A DNA stretch of 37,127 nucleotides from a virus (lineage: Duplodnaviria > Caudoviricetes), in IMG/VR virus record IMGVR_UViG_3300030708_000492, positions 1-37,127 of that record. One strand, written 5' to 3'. The notes under the pieces are model-generated. The model saw nothing but the letters and a program-made list of their open reading frames with translations. It searched no databases and was not told the origin of the DNA. Positions 25,880 through 33,762 of this stretch are shown in pieces; positions within the stretch are counted from its first letter, which is position 1, and each line of letters starts with the position of its first letter. Made by a program: the position numbers and the translations under genes.

Positions 25880-27085
25880 ATGGAAGAAAATGTAAAACAA
25901 CAGCTTGATCAATTAGGCAATATTATTGACGAAAAAATTGAAAAAGCTAACGCACAAGTGCAACAACGCACTGACGGTAAGATTGACGAAACTTTAAAAG
26001 GTGAAATCAATAATCTTACAGAAAAATTTAACGAAAGAATGGACGCAATGGAAGTTGCTAACAAAAAATCATTTGATTCGTTAAGTTCACAAAAAGAATC
26101 AAAATCTTTCAAAAGTGCTTTAATAAAAAGCATTAATGAAGGCGCAATTGATTCAATTAAAAACGGTACTTCAAGGGGTGCTAGTTTTGAAATTAAAGCT
26201 GACATGACTGTCGGTGCTGATTTCACAGGAGAAGTTATTCCAGCACAAAGAGTGCCTGGGTATTACTTTGACCCAAACAGACCACAAAACATTAGACAAT
26301 TAATTCCAAGTGGAACTACTTCGTCTGACGTTGTAAGATTTGTTTCAGAATCTGGTTACTCAAATGGGGCGGCAGCTACGGCAGAAGGCGCAACATTTGG
26401 CCAAACTGATTTTGATATGACAGCTACAAGCGTAAATGTTGAGAAAATCGGAACCTATCTAAGGATAAGTGAAGAAATGTTAGCGGATACGCCTCAACTT
26501 ACTAGCTATATATCAAATAGAGTTCCAGCAAAATTAATGGAAGTTGAAGATGATCAATTACTAGGTGGAAATGGTGTTTCTCCAAATCTTAAAGGTTTAT
26601 ATAATTCTGGTACTGCTTTTGATGAATCAGCATCATCTGCTTTTTATCAAGCTGTTACTGCGCCAAATGAATTTGACGTATTAGTAGCTGCTATTAATCA
26701 ATTAGCATTAAACAATTATAGACCAAATTATATTCTTTTAAACCCAACTGATTTTCATAAAATCTTGTTGACAAAAGACACAACAAACAATTATATTAAA
26801 GATCAAGTATATCAAGGGCTTGCTCCTAATTTTATGGGTGTTCCTGTTGTTCAGAATGTAGAAGTTAACGCTGGGACGTTCCTAGTTGGTGACTTTGCTA
26901 ATTCATGTCAATTGTGGGTTAGAGATAACTTATCTGTTGAGTTCTTCAGAGAAGATGGAACTAACGTTAGAGATGGTTTTGTAACTGTAAGAGCAGTTGA
27001 AAGAGTTGCATTAGCAACTTATCTGCCAAAAGGTATCATTGACGGTACGTTTAGCAGTGCGATTACAGCTATGACCAAGTCATAA
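25880..27085 (+). CDS. Major capsid protein (HK97 fold, N-terminal coiled-coil delta domain)
   Basis: EG...GQ, KI..Y.RISEEML.D, EDDQLL.GNG...L.G, LNPTD, GVPVV, GDF, VRAVER. Confidence 0.95.
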   Translation: MEENVKQQLDQLGNIIDEKIEKANAQVQQRTDGKIDETLKGEINNLTEKFNERMDAMEVANKKSFDSLSSQKESKSFKSALIKSINEGAIDSIKNGTSRGASFEIKADMTVGADFTGEVIPAQRVPGYYFDPNRPQNIRQLIPSGTTSSDVVRFVSESGYSNGAAATAEGATFGQTDFDMTATSVNVEKIGTYLRISEEMLADTPQLTSYISNRVPAKLMEVEDDQLLGGNGVSPNLKGLYNSGTAFDESASSAFYQAVTAPNEFDVLVAAINQLALNNYRPNYILLNPTDFHKILLTKDTTNNYIKDQVYQGLAPNFMGVPVVQNVEVNAGTFLVGDFANSCQLWVRDNLSVEFFREDGTNVRDGFVTVRAVERVALATYLPKGIIDGTFSSAITAMTKS

Positions 27086-27100
27086 TTATAGTTAATTTAT

Positions 27101-27134
27101 AAAAAAAGGCGTCATAATAGGCGCCTTTTTTTTT
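27101..27134. terminator. Intrinsic, probably bidirectional terminator after the capsid gene
   Basis: A7-GGCGTC-ATAATA-GGCGCC-T9. Confidence 0.9.
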
Positions 27135-27156
27135 GCTCTCTGCTATCTGTAAAACA

Positions 27157-27226
27157 TAAAAAATTAAAAAAAATTTAAAAAAAAACTAAAAATATTTTTT
27201 TATTTTAAAAAAGTGTTGTATATTTG
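27157..27226 (+). promoter_or_regulatory. Extended AT-rich promoter of island 2
   Basis: TATATTTG at 27219-26; homologous to 19891-19960. Confidence 0.7.
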
Positions 27227-27255
27227 AAGTAACAATAACAACAAAAACAAAAATT

Positions 27256-27510
27256 ATGAAAACTAAATTTGAAATCGGAAAAATTTATAGAGGAGTTAGC
27301 GGAGTTGGTACTATAGATTTAACAATAACTAAAAGAACACCAAAAACTATATGGGTTAAAACTTGTTTCGGTATTGACATGTTAAGAGTTAAAAATAACT
27401 GTTCAAATGAAGAAACAGTAAAATTTAAAAGCTGGTATTGTGGTGCAAATGACATTTATACAGAAGATCAAATGTTAAAAGATGCTTATTACCAGGCATA
27501 CGAATATTAA
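27256..27510 (+). CDS. Hypothetical small protein (island 2)
   Basis: MKTKFEIGKIY...ITKRTPKTIWV, a small beta-rich phage protein; A-rich leader. Confidence 0.75.
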   Translation: MKTKFEIGKIYRGVSGVGTIDLTITKRTPKTIWVKTCFGIDMLRVKNNCSNEETVKFKSWYCGANDIYTEDQMLKDAYYQAYEY

Positions 27511-27524
27511 AAACAAATATTAAC

Positions 27525-27544
27525 GAGGGGTATTTTTGCCCCTC
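27525..27544 (+). other. Intergenic stem-loop without a U-tract
   Basis: GAGGGGTA-TTTT-TGCCCCTC directly before the leader of 27561; possible processing or stability hairpin. Confidence 0.65.
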
Positions 27545-27560
27545 ACAAAAACTAAACAAA

Positions 27561-27701
27561 ATGGAAACAAAAGATTTACTAGATTATATTGACTTTACAA
27601 CAATTTGTGAAGATTATAATTTAAAAAGTGGAGATTTAACTTGGAAACAAACAAGTGAATTACAAGAAATAATAAAACAATATATTAACCAAAATAAATA
27701 A
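27561..27701 (+). CDS. Hypothetical protein, 46 aa (not in track)
   Basis: METKDLLDYIDFTTICEDYNLKSGDLTWKQTSELQEIIKQYINQNK. Confidence 0.7.
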   Translation: METKDLLDYIDFTTICEDYNLKSGDLTWKQTSELQEIIKQYINQNK

Positions 27702-27703
27702 TT

Positions 27704-27940
27704 ATGACAACAATAGAATTTATGCTAGACAAAATAGCAAAAAAAAGATATAACGAAAAATATAAATATTGTACAAAAAAACAACAAATGCAATGTTTAA
27801 TATATCTTGATCAAGATTTAAAAATAATAAGACAAAAAGAAAAGGTAGATACACACGTAAAAAAGTGTTTAACAATAATTTTAGCAATACTTCTTATCGG
27901 TTTAATAGGTAATGCTTTTATAAACTTTTTTAGTTCGTAA
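27704..27940 (+). CDS. Hypothetical protein with a C-terminal TM helix
   Basis: CLTIILAILLIGLIGNAFINFF. Confidence 0.7.
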   Translation: MTTIEFMLDKIAKKRYNEKYKYCTKKQQMQCLIYLDQDLKIIRQKEKVDTHVKKCLTIILAILLIGLIGNAFINFFSS

Positions 27941-28059
27941 TGTACGTTTATTTTGACACATACAGCGAATATGATTATAAATGCAATTATTGTGAAAAAC
28001 AAATGTTAGAAGATCAACATTATTGTTGCAATGATTGTTTTAAAGCAGACATGTTATGA
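27940..28059 (+). CDS. Small zinc-ribbon protein, 39 aa (not in track)
   Basis: MYVYFDTYSEYDYKCNYCEKQMLEDQHYCCNDCFKADML (CxxC...YCxxxC); TAATG coupling. Confidence 0.7.
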   Translation: MYVYFDTYSEYDYKCNYCEKQMLEDQHYCCNDCFKADML

Positions 28060-28199
28060 ATAAAGATTTAATAAAATATATTTTATGTACAACTTTGCTT
28101 GTATTTAGCATTAGACAGTTACATTTATATAATGACACAATAGGGTTTTTATTTTTAATTATCCTATTTTTTTCAGTCACGTTAGCACGTGAAACATAA
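28056..28199 (+). CDS. Small membrane protein, 47 aa (not in track)
   Basis: MNKDLIKYILCTTLLVFSIRQLHLYNDTIGFLFLIILFFSVTLARET, two hydrophobic segments; ATGA coupling. Confidence 0.65.
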   Translation: MNKDLIKYILCTTLLVFSIRQLHLYNDTIGFLFLIILFFSVTLARET

Positions 28200-28260
28200 T
28201 TTTTTTTGATTAGTTTAGTTTTTGTTAGAACCAGGTAAAATTATTTTACCTGGTTTTTTT
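28195..28260 (+). ncRNA. Candidate 3'-UTR-derived antisense RNA S1 (U-rich segment plus terminator)
   Basis: Complementary to the start regions at 27240-27258, 27545-27557 and 20205-20215; no expression evidence. Confidence 0.3.
28229..28260 (+). terminator. Intrinsic terminator closing island 2
   Basis: Perfect stem AACCAGGTAAAA-TTA-TTTTACCTGGTT followed by a T-run. Confidence 0.9.
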
Positions 28261-28274
28261 GTATATTATATGAC

Positions 28275-28646
28275 GTGAATAGCAATTTACTTGGGTGTAC
28301 AGCTGAATATAAATTTGCAACCATGGCAATGGAAAACGGTTTATTTGTATCAATGCCATTGTTAGATTCCTCTCCATATGATTGTATAATTGAATTGCCA
28401 AATTATAATCTTCGCAAAATACAAATTAAATCAACTGCAAAACCTGAAGTGCCACGTGGCATACATGTTACTTTACACACAAATAATAGATACTATAAAT
28501 TAAACGAGGTAGATTATTTTGCTATTTGGGTTGCAGTTTTCAACGGTTTCTTTATAATTAAAAATACAGGAACAAACAGCGCATTTAAATTTACACGTAA
28601 TGGCAAATATTCAAATAATTTTAATAACTTTGCAATAATCGAGTAA
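28275..28646 (+). CDS. Free-standing PD-(D/E)XK endonuclease (group I intron-associated/homing type)
   Basis: G..AE......G..VS.P...SPYD.I......IQIKS...VDYFAIW; GTG start. Confidence 0.75.
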   Translation: MNSNLLGCTAEYKFATMAMENGLFVSMPLLDSSPYDCIIELPNYNLRKIQIKSTAKPEVPRGIHVTLHTNNRYYKLNEVDYFAIWVAVFNGFFIIKNTGTNSAFKFTRNGKYSNNFNNFAIIE

Positions 28647-28722
28647 ATCGATTTTCCTTTATATATAATTTTTATTCGTTTTCATTTAAAAAGTGTCGCA
28701 AAATATTGTGACACTTTTTTTT
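28647..28722 (+). ncRNA. Candidate 3'-UTR-derived antisense RNA S2 (U-rich segment plus terminator)
   Basis: 28670-28682 is a perfect 13-nt complement of the primase-helicase leader 16975-16987, and the segment contains the anti-start TTTTCATTT; no expression evidence. Confidence 0.3.
28688..28722. terminator. Intrinsic terminator after the nuclease gene
   Basis: AAAAAGTGTCGCAA-AATA-TTGTGACACTTTTT followed by a T-run. Confidence 0.9.
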
Positions 28723-28745
28723 TATCTTTACATAAAATAAATATT

Positions 28746-28937
28746 ATGAAATTAAAAGCATTAATACCGTTAAAACATAAAGGTAAAAGTTATGAAGCTG
28801 GTGATGATATAAATATTCCAGACGACAAAGTTGAAGTTTTTGTTGCTAAAGGTTGGGCGTCAAAAGAAGCAAAACCAAAAAAAGAAACAAAAGAAATGAA
28901 AGTATCTAAAGAAACTAAAGAAGATGCGTCAGAATAA
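28746..28937 (+). CDS. Small head-associated protein
   Basis: MKLKAL..LKH.GKSYEAGD.I...GWA plus a K/E tail, typical of the small ORF before a head-tail connector. Confidence 0.65.
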   Translation: MKLKALIPLKHKGKSYEAGDDINIPDDKVEVFVAKGWASKEAKPKKETKEMKVSKETKEDASE

Positions 28938-29448
28938 AATAAATTCAACAACTGGTTCTGAAATAGTTACAGCTAGTGATTTAAAATCCTACGCAAGAAT
29001 TGACACATCTGCTGATGATACAATTATTGGACGTATGATTGTACAAGCAAGAATTTGGTGCGAAAGTTATATAAGTCGTGACATTGTTGCTAAAAACAGA
29101 ACGTATTATCTTGACAAAACAGAAACAGGTGTATTTGATATACCGTTTGCGCCAGTTTCTAGTATAAGTAGCGTACATATTGAAGGTACTGCTACAACTG
29201 ATTACACAATGCTAGGTTTAGATAACGAAACAATGGAATTGGACGGAGGCGCTGCTGACAAAGTAAAAGTGGTTTACATAACATCAGGTTTGTCAGATGA
29301 TTTGTTAAAACAAGCAATTTTACAATTAGCTGCAACATACTATGATAATCGTTCAGACGTGTTTGAAGGTAACAGCAGAATTGGTGTTGTTGAAATTCCA
29401 ACAAGTGTAAAAAATATTTTAAGTTCTTATAGATCAATGTTTATATAA
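28924..29448 (+). CDS. Head-tail connector (HK97 gp6/SPP1 gp15-like)
   Basis: VT..DLK.YARID..ADD..I......AR..CE.Y, PV.SI.SV, LKQAIL.LAA.YY.NR. Confidence 0.88.
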   Translation: MRQNKINSTTGSEIVTASDLKSYARIDTSADDTIIGRMIVQARIWCESYISRDIVAKNRTYYLDKTETGVFDIPFAPVSSISSVHIEGTATTDYTMLGLDNETMELDGGAADKVKVVYITSGLSDDLLKQAILQLAATYYDNRSDVFEGNSRIGVVEIPTSVKNILSSYRSMFI

Positions 29449-29774
29449 TGGACGCTGGAAAATTAAACGACAGAATTACAATTAAAAGATTAACTAGAGT
29501 TAGCGACAATTTCGGTGGTTACAATTCAACACTTGCAGACGTAAAAACTGCGTGGTGTGATTTAAAAGAAAAATCAGGCGAAATTGAGATGGAAAACGGA
29601 AAACGTCAACACAGCATAGTTGTTGAAATTATAATGAGAAAAAAAACAGCTGATGAAATTTCTGTTGGTGACATTTTTGTTGTAGAAGGACAAACACAAA
29701 AATATAGAATTAACGACATGTATGAATCAGATTTAAAATATTATGTTAAAATCAAAGCAACAAAAACTGATTAA
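29448..29774 (+). CDS. Head closure protein (SPP1 gp16-like)
   Basis: MDAGKLNDRITI......DNFGG...W. Confidence 0.88.
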   Translation: MDAGKLNDRITIKRLTRVSDNFGGYNSTLADVKTAWCDLKEKSGEIEMENGKRQHSIVVEIIMRKKTADEISVGDIFVVEGQTQKYRINDMYESDLKYYVKIKATKTD

Positions 29775-30214
29775 TGAAAGCTAATATTAAAATAAACAGC
29801 AATGATTTAAATGAATTAAACAGAAAATTAAGTTTTCTTCGTGGTTTTGACAAAAAAATATTGTCAACAGAATTAGGAAGAACAGCATTAAGTATTGAAC
29901 GATTAGCTAAACGTGAAGTGCCAGCACCAACAGGAACTTTAAGAAAATCAATTGCAACTGTAATAAAAGACAAAACAGTTTCAGTAGTAGTTGACAAAAA
30001 TTATGCGCCATACGTAGAATTTGGAACAGGAACTAAAGTTGATTTAACAGACATGTTAAAATTAGGTATACCAAGCAGTTATGCCGCACAATTTAAAGGC
30101 GCAGGAATACGCAAAGTTAATTTACCGGCACGACCATTTTTATTTAGCAGTGCTAGAATCGAGTTTAATAATTTATTGGAAAGATTACAGAAAAAAATAA
30201 AAAAATTTAGATAA
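29774..30214 (+). CDS. HK97 gp10-like neck/tail completion protein
   Basis: AK..VP..TGTLRKSI, YAPYVEFGT, PARPFL. Confidence 0.9.
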   Translation: MKANIKINSNDLNELNRKLSFLRGFDKKILSTELGRTALSIERLAKREVPAPTGTLRKSIATVIKDKTVSVVVDKNYAPYVEFGTGTKVDLTDMLKLGIPSSYAAQFKGAGIRKVNLPARPFLFSSARIEFNNLLERLQKKIKKFR

Positions 30215-30651
30215 TGTTGGAAGCAATACATTTTGTCCGTAAAGCAATTATAACTGCATTAACTAACAACGTTAGTATTGATTCAGCAAACGTTCCTATT
30301 TATGGGCGTGTGCCTAACAATGCAACTTTTCCTTATATCAGAGTTTATTCAGTTTCTAACAACGAAATAGATCAAAATCAAACACAATATAACATGGAAA
30401 CTATAACAAGAATTGAATGCATTGCAAGATATGTTTCAGATGACGGTGGTGAATATGACGTTAATTCTATGGTTTCACAATGTCTAAATTTATTAAGAAC
30501 TAGATCATCAGGATATATTAATCTAACGTCAGACGGTTTTACTGTTTACACAAGTGAAAATGCTGGCATTACTTACATAGAAGATGATTTATCTGATCAT
30601 ACATATTACAGAGGTATAATTGAATTGTCAAATCGTATAACACAAAATTAA
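30214..30651 (+). CDS. Tail terminator (DUF3168/SPP1 gp17-like)
   Basis: AI..AL...IY.RVP.NA.FPYI; follows the gp10-like gene. Confidence 0.8.
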   Translation: MLEAIHFVRKAIITALTNNVSIDSANVPIYGRVPNNATFPYIRVYSVSNNEIDQNQTQYNMETITRIECIARYVSDDGGEYDVNSMVSQCLNLLRTRSSGYINLTSDGFTVYTSENAGITYIEDDLSDHTYYRGIIELSNRITQN

Positions 30652-30652
30652 A

Positions 30653-30955
30653 ATGGCACAAAAAATAGGCGAAGAAACAGAAATCAAAGTGGATTTAAAA
30701 ACAATAGGCATGATAGTAGGTTTTACCATATCTTTGGTTTCTATGTATTTTGCTTTGAAAACAGATATTGCAGAAGCAAAAGAATTGCCAGCGCCTGAAG
30801 TATCAAAAATTGAATTTTCTTATAAAGACGAAATTACAAGAAATTCAATAATTAACACAAATGAAAAGGTAGAAGGATTGGAAAAATCAGTCGGTGAAAT
30901 CAAACAACAACTTGACAAGATTGATGAGAGATTATATCAAATAAGTAAAAAATAA
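30653..30955 (+). CDS. Membrane protein: one TM helix plus a coiled coil
   Basis: TIGMIVGFTISLVSMYFAL, then heptads VEGLEKSVGEIKQQLDKIDERLY. Confidence 0.7.
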   Translation: MAQKIGEETEIKVDLKTIGMIVGFTISLVSMYFALKTDIAEAKELPAPEVSKIEFSYKDEITRNSIINTNEKVEGLEKSVGEIKQQLDKIDERLYQISKK

Positions 30956-31294
30956 ATGAGATGTTTTGTAACAACCCTAATTGCGTTTTTTGTAACGGTT
31001 GCGATTAATTCGCAAAACAAAGATGACATAACTGTAATTTATTACAGTGCTAAATTTATAGATAATATATCTTTAACAGAATTTAAAGATTATAATTTAC
31101 AAAAATTCTATATGGACGATAAACCTAAAGTTTTTGTAAAAGAAAAAATTAAATATCTGCCAACTATTGTATTATACAACGACGGAGAAGAAATTTTAAA
31201 ACTAGAAAGCGACATAAGTTTAAAATTAAAACCTGAAAATTGGAGAGATATTTTATCAGAACATATAGAAGTTTTATTGTCGCAACGTTTTTAG
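30956..31294 (+). CDS. Exported protein with a possible thioredoxin-like fold lacking CxxC
   Basis: Signal peptide ending INS-Q; ITVIYYSAKF...KIKYLPTIVLYNDGEEI resembles the Trx cis-Pro region. Confidence 0.55.
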   Translation: MRCFVTTLIAFFVTVAINSQNKDDITVIYYSAKFIDNISLTEFKDYNLQKFYMDDKPKVFVKEKIKYLPTIVLYNDGEEILKLESDISLKLKPENWRDILSEHIEVLLSQRF

Positions 31295-31611
31295 TAAATG
31301 TTTGTTTTGCACAAATACAACAAGACAAATATTATCATTTTGGCGCTGGTGTAATAAGCGAGTATGTTGGAAACAATTTTGTAGAAATACCAATTGTAAA
31401 TTCGTTTGTAATTGGTTTTGCTAAAGAAACATATGATTACATAGATTACGGCAAATTTGACAAAAAAGATTTGTTAGCCACTACGTTAGGTGGAGTTGCT
31501 TTAACTATAACAATTAATTTAATAAATAAAAAAAAAGATGAAAAAATTAATAAGCGTGTTTTTTGCTCTTATCGTCAGCATAAACGTAAACGCACAAGAA
31601 AAAAAAGATAA
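31240..31611 (+). CDS. YfiM/DUF2279-like membrane protein overlapping both neighbours
   Basis: DKYYHFGAG...GFAKETYD...FDKKDLLATTLGG motif; TTG start; signal-like segment ending CFA-Q. Confidence 0.6.
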   Translation: MERYFIRTYRSFIVATFLVNVCFAQIQQDKYYHFGAGVISEYVGNNFVEIPIVNSFVIGFAKETYDYIDYGKFDKKDLLATTLGGVALTITINLINKKKDEKINKRVFCSYRQHKRKRTRKKR

Positions 31612-32635
31612 CATATTTAAACAAATATTTAAATATTCAACGCCATATGTAAGTTATTCGCAAGGTAGCAGTTTGCAAGGGCCACAAACATTTTACGTAA
31701 CACAAAATTCTGAATTAATTGAAACTACTGTAAGAAATCCAGAAAATTTTGCATTTAATTTTGGTATAAGAAAAATATCAAGATTTGGTTATCAAGATCG
31801 ATTGAATTGGTATACTGGAAACGAAGATCGCAGTGCGTCAGAAAACGCAAACATTGGAAGTGTTGACGGACTTGAATATCTAATAAACATATCAAATGGG
31901 CGACAACAAGGCAGAGAATTTACAAACAATAATTATTTTGTAAGATATGTTGGTAAATATTACATAGCAAAATTTGAACATTTAAAAAATGAAATAGTAG
32001 ATATACAATATAATTCACTTGACGTTAGATTTAAATTGCCTATTGGTAAACGTTTAAATTTTTCTGTTGGCGCTGTTGCTAGAACAAATCCAATTGCATA
32101 TGGACATAACCCAATACAAAAATATTTTGACGACGGAAACGCTTGGTGGGAACTTGCATATCAATTTCATTACGATCAGTTGTATGAGATGATCGACCCA
32201 TTTACAGGCGAATCTCTAGGATATGATTATTTATGGTTTGATCAAGATGACAATTTAATTAGTTCATCAGATGAAGATTATCGAAGATTGCATTTTGGTA
32301 AAATAGTTAATCAATTTAACGCTAACGAATTAGCACAAATTGGTGATTTTACTTATCTGTCAGCAATAGCATCTTTAGATTATTATTTTTATAGACGCAA
32401 CGTCTGGGTGCATGGTTTTGTTAACGTCTTACCATATCACAAATTATTAGACGGTGACAGCAGATATTCGTATGACAATTATATTGAAAATGATAAATGG
32501 ATAGACATAAAAGGCGGAATTGTATTTGGTTTTAAAATTAATAAATGGTTTGGTTTATTTACTGAATATAATTATCAATCTTATTGGGGAAAAGAATTTG
32601 AAAGCATTAAAACAGGTGTAAATATAAAATTATGA
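31538..32635 (+). CDS. Exported protein, predicted outer-membrane beta-barrel
   Basis: Sec signal MKKLISVFFALIVSINVNA-Q; many amphipathic aromatic strands; C-end GLFTEYNY...KTGVNIKL. Confidence 0.6.
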   Translation: MKKLISVFFALIVSINVNAQEKKDNIFKQIFKYSTPYVSYSQGSSLQGPQTFYVTQNSELIETTVRNPENFAFNFGIRKISRFGYQDRLNWYTGNEDRSASENANIGSVDGLEYLINISNGRQQGREFTNNNYFVRYVGKYYIAKFEHLKNEIVDIQYNSLDVRFKLPIGKRLNFSVGAVARTNPIAYGHNPIQKYFDDGNAWWELAYQFHYDQLYEMIDPFTGESLGYDYLWFDQDDNLISSSDEDYRRLHFGKIVNQFNANELAQIGDFTYLSAIASLDYYFYRRNVWVHGFVNVLPYHKLLDGDSRYSYDNYIENDKWIDIKGGIVFGFKINKWFGLFTEYNYQSYWGKEFESIKTGVNIKL

Positions 32636-32763
32636 TAGAAAACATAAAACACATTACAGGGCTATGTGGCGAAGCACACATAAGTTTATTATTAATATTT
32701 TTTATTTACATACTTGTATATTACAGACATAATAAAATAAAAAAACATGACAAAAAATTTTAG
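32632..32763 (+). CDS. Small single-TM protein, 43 aa (not in track)
   Basis: MIENIKHITGLCGEAHISLLLIFFIYILVYYRHNKIKKHDKKF; ATGA coupling. Confidence 0.65.
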   Translation: MIENIKHITGLCGEAHISLLLIFFIYILVYYRHNKIKKHDKKF

Positions 32764-33130
32764 CAAATCAGAATTTGAATCTAAATGCGGATGTGATATG
32801 CCACAAGAGGTTTATTACAACATAGTTAAAGTAGCTAATCAGTTACAATATTTAAGAGGTCAAATTGGTAAACCTATAAAAGTAAATAGCGCATATAGAT
32901 CGCCAGAACATAATGAAAAAGTTGGTGGAGTTAAAACATCACAACATTTGTTAGGAAAAGCAGCCGATATTGCTGTAAAAGGCATGTCAACAGAAATTTT
33001 ATATCAACACATAGAAGATGCAATAAGTAATGGCGAGATGTTACAGGGTGGTTTAGGTTTATATGATACTTTTGTTCATTACGACATAAGAGGCACTAAA
33101 GCACGTTGGGACTATCGCAAAAACAAATAA
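32747..33130 (+). CDS. Endolysin, peptidase M15 family
   Basis: NFS.SEF..KCG, SAYR...HN.KVGG...SQH..GKAADI, FVHYDIRG..ARW. Confidence 0.9.
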   Translation: MTKNFSKSEFESKCGCDMPQEVYYNIVKVANQLQYLRGQIGKPIKVNSAYRSPEHNEKVGGVKTSQHLLGKAADIAVKGMSTEILYQHIEDAISNGEMLQGGLGLYDTFVHYDIRGTKARWDYRKNK

Positions 33131-33132
33131 TT

Positions 33133-33597
33133 ATGAGTACAAAAAAGAAATTTAAAGACAGTACAGTTGGCAAAATAATATTAGGCGCTGCTGGAGTAAT
33201 CAACCCAACTTTAGCTAATGTGTTGCAGGGTGTTACAAGCCCAAAAGATGCATTAAGCGAAATTTCAAAATCAAACATTGCAATTGATGATAAAATAAAA
33301 TTACAACAAATGATGTTTGATCAACAAAACAAAGAAATAGAATCTGTTACAGCACGTTGGCAAGCTGATCAAAATGTAAATTCTGGTTGGTTAAGCAAAA
33401 ATGTTCGCCCATTAGTTTTGGTGTGGTGCATTGTAATTTTTTCTTTTGCTGGAATTTTAGACAGTATTGATACAATTCCTTTTCATATAAACGATAATTG
33501 GAATTCAACGTTTGAGAATGTGATGATGGCAGTCGTTTTAGCTTATTTTGGTGGCCGTAGCACGGAAAAGGCAATGTCAGTATTAAAGAAAAAATAA
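33133..33597 (+). CDS. Holin-like membrane protein (GTA 3TM holin-like)
   Basis: RWQAD...WL.KNVRPLVL, TM segments, AYFGGRS.EK; follows the endolysin. Confidence 0.7.
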   Translation: MSTKKKFKDSTVGKIILGAAGVINPTLANVLQGVTSPKDALSEISKSNIAIDDKIKLQQMMFDQQNKEIESVTARWQADQNVNSGWLSKNVRPLVLVWCIVIFSFAGILDSIDTIPFHINDNWNSTFENVMMAVVLAYFGGRSTEKAMSVLKKK

Positions 33598-33728
33598 TGG
33601 CCAAGAGATCAAAGCAGGTTAATCCAGCACAATATAGGAAACCTCCAAAAAAAAGACCAGGCATTCATTCTAAAAATAAATCTTTGGCACAACGAAAAAA
33701 GAAGTATCGAGGGCAAGGCAAACATTGA
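33597..33728 (+). CDS. Small highly basic protein with a C-terminal YRGQG motif, 43 aa (not in track)
   Basis: MAKRSKQVNPAQYRKPPKKRPGIHSKNKSLAQRKKKYRGQGKH; TAATG coupling. Confidence 0.7.
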   Translation: MAKRSKQVNPAQYRKPPKKRPGIHSKNKSLAQRKKKYRGQGKH

Positions 33729-33741
33729 CTTTTATTTTTAG

Positions 33742-33749
33742 TAAATTTG
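33742..33749 (+). promoter_or_regulatory. Bacteroidota-type -7 element before the fibre gene
   Basis: Intergenic TAAATTTG. Confidence 0.55.
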
Positions 33750-33762
33750 TAAAAAATCACAA

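Noticed and set aside
27079-27089. Capsid stop region GTCATAATTAT complementary to the 27704 start (27698-27708)
   Set aside because: Only 11 nt, partly coding, near-palindromic and in a very short UTR; not separable from chance without statistics.
19861-28722. CRISPR array, tRNA or integrase/att site in intergenic regions
   Set aside because: I saw no regularly spaced repeats, no cloverleaf and no recombinase motifs; the hairpins are explained as terminators.
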